Virus record (IMG/VR): IMGVR_UViG_3300022928_000001
Reading direction: 5' to 3' (one strand)
Origin: an uncultured virus (IMG/VR IMGVR_UViG_3300022928_000001)
Lineage: Duplodnaviria > Heunggongvirae > Uroviricota > Caudoviricetes
DNA length: 64,000 nucleotides
Shown: positions 6,373 through 15,562 of the stretch, in pieces
Numbering within the stretch: the stretch's first letter is position 1
How the letters are laid out: the number at the start of each line of letters is the position of its first letter
Program-made: the position numbers and the translations under genes
The notes under the pieces: model-generated
Database searches by the model: none
What the model saw: the letters and a program-made list of their open reading frames with translations, nothing else
What the model was told of the DNA's origin: nothing

Positions 6373-7948
6373 GGCACAATTTGGAGGACCTAAGCTTGTT
6401 AAGCAGCTTCGTTTTAATACAGAAGCAAAAGACAAGCTTACAGAAGGAATAAATAAAATAGCAAATGCCGTAGGCTCTACATTGGGAGCAAGCGGCAGAA
6501 CGGTCGTTATAGAAGACGACTTTGGTAACCCTTATGTAACAAAAGATGGGGTTACTGTTGCTAATTCAATATTGCTCAACGATCCCGTTGAGAACTTAGG
6601 CGTTTCAATGATGAAACAAGCCGCACAAAAGACAGCGAGTATGGCAGGAGACGGTACCACCACCTCCATCGTACTGACTCAGGCCATAATCGACTGTTAT
6701 TATAAAAACAAAGGAAACGAACGTTCTTTTAGAGACATCAAAAGTGGTATTAATAAATTTAAAACCCACGTAATAAATTTTTTAGCCAACAAGGCAGTAA
6801 AAGTTGATAATGAAGAACTATATAACGTTTCTACAATATCTGCAAATAATGATGCAGAGCTTGGGGCTATTATTGCAAAAGCTTTTGAAAATTCAGGTGA
6901 CACTGGAATTGTTGCTATGGAAACTTCTCCAAACAATCAAACGTATGTTGATACCGTAGAAGGAACAAAAGTAGGAAGCACTTGTAAAACACCTCATTTT
7001 TACACTAATAAAGAAAAAGAAATAGCTGAGCTTGACAAGCCACTTGTTTTTATTAGTGCAACTGAAATACCAAATATAAGAAAAATTCAAGACATCCTGG
7101 AGCATGCTATTAAGTCTAACCGCAGCATACTCCTTATTGCACCTTTAGAATCGCAGCCGTTAACTGCACTTGCAATGAATAAAGTAAAGGGCAATATTAA
7201 GGTCAACGTTATAGATCCACCCAGCTTCGGACTTAAGCGAAAGGATATACTAGAAGATCTAGCGTTGCTTGTCGGGGCTAAAGTTTTTGACGAAAGCCTT
7301 GGGGATTCGATTGATGCAATCTCCCCTGACATGTTAGGATCAGCCGATAAGGCTCTTTCAGATAGCGAAGGTACAGTTTTAGTTATTTCTGAAAAATCAG
7401 AAGAAGCTTTAGAACGTATCGAATATTTAAAAACTGCTCTTGATAAAGAGGACAATAAAACATTGTCAAGGCATTTAAACGACAGGTTAGCATTGTTATG
7501 CGGTGGTGTATCTATTGTATATGTAGGTGCTGATACTGAAGTTGAGCTTAAAGAAAAACAAGACAGAGTAGATGATGCAATTCACGCTGTTAAAGCAGCG
7601 AGAAAAGAAGGTATTTTGCCAGGAGGCGGTTCTGCATTAGCATATGCAGCACAAACTGACTGGGAAATAGAATTAAATCAAGACGAACTAGCAGGTCTTG
7701 AAATTTTGCAAGATGCATTAGTAGCACCATATACAAAAATATTATCCAATGCAGGACTACAACCCGAAAACTTCAAATTAACCAAATGGGGAGATGGAGT
7801 TAATGTAACCTGCGGATGCGCAAGAAATATGCGGGATGAAGGAATTATAGATCCTTTCCTAGTTACAAAAACTGCTTTAAATAACGCTGTTTCTGTAGCC
7901 ACTACTATTCTATCAACTGATTGTGTAATTAGTAATATTAGAGAATAA
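6371..7948 (+). CDS. groEL: Chaperonin GroEL
   Basis: VTKDGVTVA, AGDGTTT, ELKEKQDRVDDA, GILPGGG, GIIDP. Confidence 0.97.
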   Translation: MAQFGGPKLVKQLRFNTEAKDKLTEGINKIANAVGSTLGASGRTVVIEDDFGNPYVTKDGVTVANSILLNDPVENLGVSMMKQAAQKTASMAGDGTTTSIVLTQAIIDCYYKNKGNERSFRDIKSGINKFKTHVINFLANKAVKVDNEELYNVSTISANNDAELGAIIAKAFENSGDTGIVAMETSPNNQTYVDTVEGTKVGSTCKTPHFYTNKEKEIAELDKPLVFISATEIPNIRKIQDILEHAIKSNRSILLIAPLESQPLTALAMNKVKGNIKVNVIDPPSFGLKRKDILEDLALLVGAKVFDESLGDSIDAISPDMLGSADKALSDSEGTVLVISEKSEEALERIEYLKTALDKEDNKTLSRHLNDRLALLCGGVSIVYVGADTEVELKEKQDRVDDAIHAVKAARKEGILPGGGSALAYAAQTDWEIELNQDELAGLEILQDALVAPYTKILSNAGLQPENFKLTKWGDGVNVTCGCARNMRDEGIIDPFLVTKTALNNAVSVATTILSTDCVISNIRE

Positions 7949-8202
7949 TGGAAGCAATAGGTAATTATGTAGTTTTAGAAGAAGTCTTAGAGGCTTCCAC
8001 AAAGACACAGGGAGGCTTAGAATTAGCTGAAAAGCACAGAGAAGATATTAGGTATAGAAAAGCAAATATAATCTCTTCAGGGCCAGATATACTCAAGAAA
8101 GGTCAAACAGTACTTTTTGATAGAATTGCTGGTTATCCTGTAGAGCACGAGAATAACATTTATAAAGTTATTAATCTACGTGATATTGTAGCTATATTGT
8201 AA
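7948..8202 (+). CDS. groES: Co-chaperonin GroES
   Basis: KTQGGL mobile loop, KKGQTVLF, DIVAIL; coupled to groEL. Confidence 0.85.
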   Translation: MEAIGNYVVLEEVLEASTKTQGGLELAEKHREDIRYRKANIISSGPDILKKGQTVLFDRIAGYPVEHENNIYKVINLRDIVAIL

Positions 8203-8648
8203 TGGAAAGAACTGATTTTGCTCAAAGAGGCGAAGTTAAAGTTGATTTTCTTAAATATTATAGGCTAATATCTAGGTGGGCTTGTAAAAACAATAATCTT
8301 TCTGTTGCAGATTTAGAATTATTGTTTTATTTAGATCCTATTGTTTATTTTACTATAGATGATTTTAAAACGGGTACATTGTTTTATACTTGGGATAAAG
8401 AAAGATTCTATAGGTTACAAAAGCAAGGGTGGATAAATAAGTCACACAATGGTGGCGGCCGAAGAGGTGACCACAATAAATATAAAGTTAGCCAAAAGGG
8501 TAAACTACTTATAAATAAAATATATAGGATACTAATAGGAGAAGAAGATCTCCCAGCTTCAGCTAAAAGAAATAAAATAATGAAACGGGAAACGTACATA
8601 GATAAAGTGTACAGCCAAGCTATAAAAGAGTTTAACAAGAAAAAATAA
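8202..8648 (+). CDS. Winged-helix (MarR-like) DNA-binding protein
   Basis: LSVADLELLFYL...RLQKQGWI...YKVSQKGK wHTH pattern. Confidence 0.6.
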   Translation: MERTDFAQRGEVKVDFLKYYRLISRWACKNNNLSVADLELLFYLDPIVYFTIDDFKTGTLFYTWDKERFYRLQKQGWINKSHNGGGRRGDHNKYKVSQKGKLLINKIYRILIGEEDLPASAKRNKIMKRETYIDKVYSQAIKEFNKKK

Positions 8649-8653
8649 AAAAA

Positions 8654-9004
8654 ATGGCAATAAGATCAATTGTAACCACTATTGACGACGTTACAGGCGC
8701 TGTTACAAACACTGTTCAGGGACTGGTTAAAAACGAAACTATTACAGGTGTAGTTTTAAGAGAGTTTATGACAAACGGACCAGATAAACTAGCTGATGGG
8801 ACTTATAACGACACTGCTTCTGAATTGAAGTACAACGTTAAAGTAAAACCAAACAACTGTTTAGCTAATATCACATTTGGTAGCGATACTTTTATATTGT
8901 ATAGCGCACCAACAGGTATTACACAAACAATTAAAGCTCCCAGCGCAACAGCAACAGTTAACGCGGTTGTAAAAGCGATAGTTACAGATACAGATACTGC
9001 ATAA
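8654..9004 (+). CDS. Putative virion protein
   Basis: T/V-rich beta-type composition; late block. Confidence 0.6.
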   Translation: MAIRSIVTTIDDVTGAVTNTVQGLVKNETITGVVLREFMTNGPDKLADGTYNDTASELKYNVKVKPNNCLANITFGSDTFILYSAPTGITQTIKAPSATATVNAVVKAIVTDTDTA

Positions 9005-9017
9005 TAAAATATAAAAC

Positions 9018-9158
9018 ATGAAAAAAAGAAAAGTTAATCTATATGATACTCTACCTGGAGTAACTATTGAACCTTCTAAGGTTGATAATCAAAATATGAA
9101 TATGCCTATTACAGCAAAAGTTAAATCTTCTGCGAAAGGAACAAAATTAAAGAAATAA
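9018..9158 (+). CDS. Small basic protein (46 aa, MKKRKVNLYD...)
   Basis: Translated by hand; fills gap. Confidence 0.6.
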   Translation: MKKRKVNLYDTLPGVTIEPSKVDNQNMNMPITAKVKSSAKGTKLKK

Positions 9159-9159
9159 G

Positions 9160-11274
9160 ATGGCAAGAATTAGCACGTACGCAATTGACTCTACTATAGA
9201 AGGAAGCGATAAGCTTTTAGGTACTGATGCAAATTCTAATTCCTCATTAGCCACTAAAAATTATACCATTGATAGTCTTAAAGAATATATTAATGGTGCT
9301 AGTGCAAAAAATATACCAGACGATATTCCTTTAGGATTTGCTTTAACAGTAAATAGAGAAGGAACAGATTACGAAAGAGCTTTAGTTAGAACATTAGCCA
9401 GTTCTGTTGAAACCAATGTTGTGCTTAAAAGTGCCTCGGTTAATACAGGATGCGATGTTTATTTAAATACTCTAGGTACAGGTCAAGTATTTTTAATAAT
9501 TAGGGATTACAATGACGGCCAGTTTGCTGTTGATTACGATTTAAATGATTTTGCAACAAATTCAGCAACTTTTACGGGAGTTGTAGGCGGGGTTACTCAC
9601 AGCGGTACAGTAACATCATTTAATGCTCCAAACTTTGGAAGTGATAGTCCAGCCGCTAATGATAGCCAATACGTAACAAACGGTAATAACATTTACACTG
9701 AGTGGATGTTTAATGTTACTTTAGGCGATGGCCAAGTTTATACTGGTGGCCAAGTAGCATTTACAGAATTTACATTCTTAACAGGAGCGCAAAGAATTGA
9801 AACACAAGCAGTTGGTTCTTTAAAAGTAACTAGAAACCTCAGTGTTCCCGATGGTGACCTGACTGTAGGTACAGAAAGTCCAACTACAGATCCTAGAAAT
9901 CTTACTGTTTATGGTGATATAAAATTGCCAACATCAGAAAGCAGGGTTAAATTTGGTGGTGATACTGATAATGTATTATTAAGTACAGATGGGTCTGACT
10001 TAACAATTTCAGGCTCTGGATCTGGATCTAACTTAGTTACTAACGCTACTAGATTTACGCAAGATATAGTAAAAGACGACAATACAACTTCTGGTGACGG
10101 AAGAACAATAATGGGTCAAAATACTTTTACTGCAATTGCTACAGATGGAACAAGAGGTGTATTATCTAATTCAGGCGTTCAGCTACAAGACGCTAGTGGT
10201 AATCCATTAGCTCAGCAGCAAGTTTCAGGTAATGCAACACAAGGCGGACTAAGTAATCAAGGTTATTTAACATCTTTAAAAGTTGATGGAAACTGGTATC
10301 AATTGCCAGAGTTATCTTCTGGTGTTGCAGAAGCATTACCGGGGTTAAGCGAAACATTAGCTGGTCCTCCTTCTACAATAACAACAGGTAGATTTTTTTA
10401 TGGGACTAGAAATGCTGCAGGTGCTTTATTCCAATCAGCAACATCTCCTGCTACTTTACCTACTGGGGAAAGCATAGGTCAGGATGTTACTTCAATAACA
10501 GTAAGTGCTGGCAATAGAACAGACTACGAATCTTTATTTGAAAACATACCTGTAGGACAAAGCTTATATTTTGTTGACAGTGCCTATACGGATCCATTTC
10601 CTGCTGTGGGGGGACAAATATTAGATTCTTCTGTAAACATGTACCTAGTTGTTTCTTATGACACAGGTACACATGTTGCAATATTTGGAAGACAAGGGTA
10701 TGGTACTTTAAATATTTCTACTAGTGAATTTAATATTGATTCAGAAGTAGTAAAATTAAATACAATACCTACGGGAGCTAAATCAAACTTTTTATATTAT
10801 GATACAGCTACTAATGCTGTATCACATAATCCATTAACTGTTTCTGGTTTAGCAAACGGTGCTACTTATGATTATGGAGGCAATACAGATGTGCCTGTAG
10901 TATCTATTGATTTTAATAACTTTATAATTTCAGCACCAGCTAACGGTGTTGTAACTTTAAAGCAAGGCTACACGTTTGGTGGTGTCTTAACAGCTAATAC
11001 ATTTGCTACTAATTACAATCATTATGTATTAAGCAATATAACATCTGATAGAACGCTGACTCTTCCCGCGGGAACCGCAGGTGATAGTATAAAAATAACA
11101 AACATGTCATCTTTGGATGCTAACGGTGCATATTCACAGCCCACATATACCTGGTCTATAGCAACAAACGGATCTGATAAAATAATGAGAACAACAAGTT
11201 TAACTCTTGATGCTTCTACAGAATCTTTTGAGCTTCTATATACAGATAGTGCTAATGGATGGGTAATAAATTAA
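9160..11274 (+). CDS. Tail fibre/hub-associated structural protein
   Basis: MARISTY...DKLLGTD...TKNY N-terminus shared with 13879; C-terminal TLTLPA...GD.I...ELLYTDSANGW fibre module. Confidence 0.7.
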   Translation: MARISTYAIDSTIEGSDKLLGTDANSNSSLATKNYTIDSLKEYINGASAKNIPDDIPLGFALTVNREGTDYERALVRTLASSVETNVVLKSASVNTGCDVYLNTLGTGQVFLIIRDYNDGQFAVDYDLNDFATNSATFTGVVGGVTHSGTVTSFNAPNFGSDSPAANDSQYVTNGNNIYTEWMFNVTLGDGQVYTGGQVAFTEFTFLTGAQRIETQAVGSLKVTRNLSVPDGDLTVGTESPTTDPRNLTVYGDIKLPTSESRVKFGGDTDNVLLSTDGSDLTISGSGSGSNLVTNATRFTQDIVKDDNTTSGDGRTIMGQNTFTAIATDGTRGVLSNSGVQLQDASGNPLAQQQVSGNATQGGLSNQGYLTSLKVDGNWYQLPELSSGVAEALPGLSETLAGPPSTITTGRFFYGTRNAAGALFQSATSPATLPTGESIGQDVTSITVSAGNRTDYESLFENIPVGQSLYFVDSAYTDPFPAVGGQILDSSVNMYLVVSYDTGTHVAIFGRQGYGTLNISTSEFNIDSEVVKLNTIPTGAKSNFLYYDTATNAVSHNPLTVSGLANGATYDYGGNTDVPVVSIDFNNFIISAPANGVVTLKQGYTFGGVLTANTFATNYNHYVLSNITSDRTLTLPAGTAGDSIKITNMSSLDANGAYSQPTYTWSIATNGSDKIMRTTSLTLDASTESFELLYTDSANGWVIN

Positions 11275-11278
11275 CAAT

Positions 11279-11593
11279 ATGGGACTAACAATAGATTTAC
11301 CAAGCGCTGGACTCCTAGGGATTTCTGGCGCTCAAGCTTTTGAAATAACTGGTAATACTAATTTAAATATTAACAGTATATATGTTTGTAAGCAAGCTTC
11401 AGATTTTACAATAACTCTTCCAACAACAGTAACTGCTGACGGTGGAGAAATATTAGTAAAAAAAATAGGCACACAAACCGTAACAGTTACCTCGGCTCTT
11501 ATAGAGGGAACTAATCAATCACTAACAATAACTAACAACCAAGCTGTTCGCTTTGTGTATATCAATGCTACATTTGGTTGGCTAATAACATAA
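11279..11593 (+). CDS. Small tail-fibre module protein
   Basis: TITLP...FVYINATFGW, same module as the 9160 C-terminus. Confidence 0.65.
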   Translation: MGLTIDLPSAGLLGISGAQAFEITGNTNLNINSIYVCKQASDFTITLPTTVTADGGEILVKKIGTQTVTVTSALIEGTNQSLTITNNQAVRFVYINATFGWLIT

Positions 11594-11597
11594 AGCT

Positions 11598-11810
11598 ATG
11601 CCAGACGTTAAAACATTTTATCCTGGTGCAACAGCAGGAAATCCTATAAATAATGCTACTGATGCTGTAGATGCGACTAATGCAACTGTAGCAACCACGG
11701 TAGACGACCAAAATCAAGCTGCAAATTCAAAAATTTGGACAGGAACAACCGCTGAATATACAGCGTTGGGTTCAAAAGATGCGGATACATTATATTTTGT
11801 AATAGCTTAA
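11598..11810 (+). CDS. Small tail-fibre adaptor protein
   Basis: WTGTTAEYTALGSKDADTLY motif. Confidence 0.7.
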   Translation: MPDVKTFYPGATAGNPINNATDAVDATNATVATTVDDQNQAANSKIWTGTTAEYTALGSKDADTLYFVIA

Positions 11811-11811
11811 T

Positions 11812-12876
11812 ATGCCAATATATAAAGGGACAAACGAGATTACCAGTGGGAACTTTTATAAAGGTTCTACAAACATTGAGAATGGGTATAAACAAACAGA
11901 TTCATTTTTTGTTAATTTAGTTACTATTCAATTTAGTTCTATATCGGGTCAAGGTTTTACATATACACTACCTACTTCTAGAACTGGTGATCCTGGCTCT
12001 TCATATCCATCAACTACATTTACTATATCAGGTGCTTCTAATGAAAGACTAAACGGTAGTGGTTTTGCTATGACCGGATTACCTTCAAGTTTATCTGCTT
12101 CAGTAACAAGTGGTAATAATACTAATACTTTAACCGTTACTATAACAGGAAATTATCCAACAGTGGGTGTTTCTCCTATAAGTTCTACTGTATCAGGTAT
12201 AACTGCTGTAACTTCTTATTTAGCTCATTTCTTATTAGTAGGAGGCGGTGGAAATGCAGGTAGTGGCTATGTAGCATCTGGTGCAGGTGGAGGTGGAGTA
12301 AGAACCTCTTTTTCGCCAAACGGAGGTGGGCAAGGAGTTGATTCTAGACCTACTTTAGTTCCAAATACAACATACACAATTACAGTTGCTGGGGTTGGCG
12401 GCAGTTCTACTTTTAACGGCATAACAGCTACTGGCGGTAGTAATGGTAGTGGCTCTACTGCAAGCTCTAGAGGTGGAGGCTCAGCAGGCTCTTATGGTTA
12501 CGGGGGTGGTAGCTCTAATGCGTCAAGCTATGCAGCTGGCGGAGGAGGTGGAGCTGGAGGACCAGGAGGAGGATCTTCAAACTACGGAAATGGCGGCTTT
12601 AATGGAGGTGCCCCTGTTGTTAATTCAATAACAGGATCCCCAACAAATTATGGTTCTGGTGGTAGAGGATACACTGGAAATTATGGAGCAGGAAGCTCTA
12701 CGCCATCCGCTTACGGAAAAGGTGGAGATGGTAGTGGGGGTAGTGGCCAAGCTGGCGTTGTAATACTTAGAGTACCAACAGCAAGTGTAGGAAGCCCTAG
12801 TGGGCATGCTTCAATTAGTACTACAGGAGGCGACTCTATTATTACGTGGACAAGTAGTGGATCTTATACTGGATAA
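11812..12876 (+). CDS. Glycine-rich tail fibre/adhesin
   Basis: LLVGGGG...YTITV...SGQAGVVILR Gly-rich domain. Confidence 0.75.
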   Translation: MPIYKGTNEITSGNFYKGSTNIENGYKQTDSFFVNLVTIQFSSISGQGFTYTLPTSRTGDPGSSYPSTTFTISGASNERLNGSGFAMTGLPSSLSASVTSGNNTNTLTVTITGNYPTVGVSPISSTVSGITAVTSYLAHFLLVGGGGNAGSGYVASGAGGGGVRTSFSPNGGGQGVDSRPTLVPNTTYTITVAGVGGSSTFNGITATGGSNGSGSTASSRGGGSAGSYGYGGGSSNASSYAAGGGGGAGGPGGGSSNYGNGGFNGGAPVVNSITGSPTNYGSGGRGYTGNYGAGSSTPSAYGKGGDGSGGSGQAGVVILRVPTASVGSPSGHASISTTGGDSIITWTSSGSYTG

Positions 12877-12892
12877 ATAAAAAAAATAAAAA

Positions 12893-13048
12893 ATGGCAAA
12901 TTTAACAAATATAATAGGTGGGCAACCGTATTACGATGCTGCTGATGCAAATTCAAAATCTTTATTAAGCTTTTGGAAAGGTACTCAAGCTCAGTACGAT
13001 GCAATAAGTACAAAAGATTCTAAAACGTTATACTTAATTACAGCATAA
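12893..13048 (+). CDS. Small tail-fibre adaptor protein (paralog of 11598)
   Basis: Translated by hand, 51 aa; WKGTQAQYDAISTKDSKTLY; TAATG coupling. Confidence 0.7.
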   Translation: MANLTNIIGGQPYYDAADANSKSLLSFWKGTQAQYDAISTKDSKTLYLITA

Positions 13049-13869
13049 TGCCTATAAATTTATTCAATAATCCTTTATCCTCAATTAAACTGGGAGTTAG
13101 TGATATTTTAAAAGGATATATTGGTAATAATCAAATATTTCCTAATGATACGGAAATAACGGCAGCTGCTTTTACTGATTCTAATATAGCCAACACAGGT
13201 GGTAATACACCTTATGTTGTATCCGGAGAAGTAGGCGCTTCATTTATTTTAACAGGTAGCAACGGAGCTACTGCTCCAAGCGGAACACAAGTTATATCCA
13301 CTAGTCCTACTACATATCAAATAGCTATAGCAGATCAATCTACAACGTGTGGTGCTACTTCAAGAAATGCACAAGTAGTTATAGTACCTCAAGGAAATAC
13401 TATTCTATCAGGTGGTTTAAATAATACAGACACTATAACTCAAGCGGCCGGACCGCCTAATGTATCAAATACAACAACTTTATCTGTTAGCATTACAAAC
13501 ACAAATAGAGTAACAGTAACACAGGGCAGCTCTGTGCTTTGGGCTCCCGGCGCTAGTTTTGCAGTAAATATTTCTTTAACAACGCAACAAACTCTTGGAA
13601 GTATTACTTTAACGCCAAATCCTCCTATAGGAAACTGGACTATTACAAACGGAGGTTTTACGCCACAAGCTTGGAATAGCGGGATTGCTGGAGCTAATCT
13701 AGTTTGGAATGGAAGTAACGCTGGATTAAATGGTGTTAGTGGAACTGCAAATATTACAATACCTGCTGGTGCAACACCTATGACTTCTTTTTCAGCTTCT
13801 TTAACAATAGGTAATATTAACTGTTATTCCGCAACTGTAACAAGTGCTAGCGATACAATATTTCCTTAA
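13048..13869 (+). CDS. Tail fibre/adhesin with Ig-like domains
   Basis: IKLG...YIGNNQIFP N-terminus; T/S/N-rich beta domains. Confidence 0.65.
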   Translation: MPINLFNNPLSSIKLGVSDILKGYIGNNQIFPNDTEITAAAFTDSNIANTGGNTPYVVSGEVGASFILTGSNGATAPSGTQVISTSPTTYQIAIADQSTTCGATSRNAQVVIVPQGNTILSGGLNNTDTITQAAGPPNVSNTTTLSVSITNTNRVTVTQGSSVLWAPGASFAVNISLTTQQTLGSITLTPNPPIGNWTITNGGFTPQAWNSGIAGANLVWNGSNAGLNGVSGTANITIPAGATPMTSFSASLTIGNINCYSATVTSASDTIFP

Positions 13870-13878
13870 TAAAATAAT

Positions 13879-14589
13879 ATGGCAAGAATAAAACTATATC
13901 CCAATGACACAGTCATCACAGGTGGTGATCGTTTAGTTGGAACGGATATAAACGGTAATGCTACAAAAAATTACCAGATAGAAGAAATTGCTAAATATTT
14001 TGCAAAGTCAAGTACTGCAGATTCAACAGGTATTGGCTTTCAGTTTAATTATGCTGGAAAATATACAGGCGGATCCTTAGAAAGCGGGGACTTTAGATAT
14101 GAAGTTAATCCTACAGCCCCTACTCAATTTGGCTGGGCTAACATTACAGGAATAGCTTTTTCTAGATATACAGCTAATGCTACAGATATTCAGCCTATAA
14201 TTAATTTGTATAAAAATCAAATTATAAAGATTACAGATATTGGCACGGCTAATCCGCAAAATTATAGTGTATATAAAATAACTAGCATAACAAATTTAAC
14301 AAATGCTTATTTATTTTCTTTAACACAACAAGGAGGTGCTGGAGAGCCTTCAACCTCTGTGATAGCACTATCAGCAACTGGTGTTTCAACAACAGACGCT
14401 TTTTTCACATTTACCCAATCGGGTGCGTCGGCCACATGGAACATACAACACAACTTAGAAAAGTTTCCAAGCGTTACAGTAATAGATAGCGCTAATAATA
14501 TAGTATATGGAAATACTACATATACAGATGAAAATAATTTAACAATAAATTTTTCTGCTCCTTTTTCTGGAAAGGCATATTTAAACTAA
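13879..14589 (+). CDS. Structural protein (paralogous N-terminus to 9160)
   Basis: MARIKLY...GTD...TKNY; C-terminal WNIQHNLEKFPSVTV...FSGKAYLN domain. Confidence 0.7.
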   Translation: MARIKLYPNDTVITGGDRLVGTDINGNATKNYQIEEIAKYFAKSSTADSTGIGFQFNYAGKYTGGSLESGDFRYEVNPTAPTQFGWANITGIAFSRYTANATDIQPIINLYKNQIIKITDIGTANPQNYSVYKITSITNLTNAYLFSLTQQGGAGEPSTSVIALSATGVSTTDAFFTFTQSGASATWNIQHNLEKFPSVTVIDSANNIVYGNTTYTDENNLTINFSAPFSGKAYLN

Positions 14590-14599
14590 AAAATAAAAA

Positions 14600-15559
14600 A
14601 TGGCAATAAAATATTTAAACAATGTAGACTTAACAAAAAACGAGCTACAAAACGCCGTAATTCAGGTATTAGCAACTGCGCCAGGAAGTCCGGTCGAAGG
14701 ACAAGTATATTACGATTCTACGGATGACGTAATAAAATTTTATAACGGCACGGCGTGGGTATCAGCAGGTGGCGATTTAACTGAGATTACTACCGCAACA
14801 ACAGATCAGCTTACAATTACAGATGGTCAAGGGCCCATACCAAATATTGACATTGTTACCGGTGCTGTTACAAATGCAGGTGTCGAACTAGCTACAGGTG
14901 ATCAAATTTATGATTTTGTAACCACAGGTATTAATGCTAGAATACAAAATGTAACTGATCCTACAGGGGCTCAGGACGTTGCTACTAAAAATTATGTTGA
15001 CACTATTGCAACAGGTTTATTAGAATACAAAGGAGGTTATGATGCTAGCACTAACACACCAGATTTAGATACAGCTACAAATATTGCTATTGATAAAGGT
15101 GACGCATATACTGTTACTGCAGATGGTTTGTTTTTTACAGAGCAAGTAAGAATAGGTGATTTTATTATAGCCGAAACTGCCATAGCCGCGGGAGCAGGAG
15201 CATCATTAAGTGACTTTACAATTGTACAATCTAATGTTGATTTAGCAACAGCAGCAGCTACAGCTGGAGCCGCCGTTAAAGGTATTTCAGGTTATGACTC
15301 AGCAGATTTTTCTGTATCATCAGGATTTGTATCTTTAGCAACAAAAACATATAAAGCATTAATAGGTAATGGTGCATTAACAACCATTCCGGTTATTCAT
15401 GGATTGAACAGCCAAGATTTAATAATTCAATTATTTGATGCGTCTACAAACGAAACAGTTTATGCAGATGTGGTAAGAACAAGTGCATCTCAGGTGGATG
15501 TGTCTTTTTCAGTAGCCCCAGCGTCAAATTCAATAAAAATATTAATTCAGAAAATATAA
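14600..15559 (+). CDS. Tail fibre protein
   Basis: EGQVYYDST, DPTGAQDVATKNYVD, C-terminal HGLNS module. Confidence 0.75.
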   Translation: MAIKYLNNVDLTKNELQNAVIQVLATAPGSPVEGQVYYDSTDDVIKFYNGTAWVSAGGDLTEITTATTDQLTITDGQGPIPNIDIVTGAVTNAGVELATGDQIYDFVTTGINARIQNVTDPTGAQDVATKNYVDTIATGLLEYKGGYDASTNTPDLDTATNIAIDKGDAYTVTADGLFFTEQVRIGDFIIAETAIAAGAGASLSDFTIVQSNVDLATAAATAGAAVKGISGYDSADFSVSSGFVSLATKTYKALIGNGALTTIPVIHGLNSQDLIIQLFDASTNETVYADVVRTSASQVDVSFSVAPASNSIKILIQKI

Positions 15560-15562
15560 CTT

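Noticed and set aside
6700..7902. Antisense ORFs within groEL (and similar ones within other long genes)
   Set aside because: Shadow frames of clearly assigned genes
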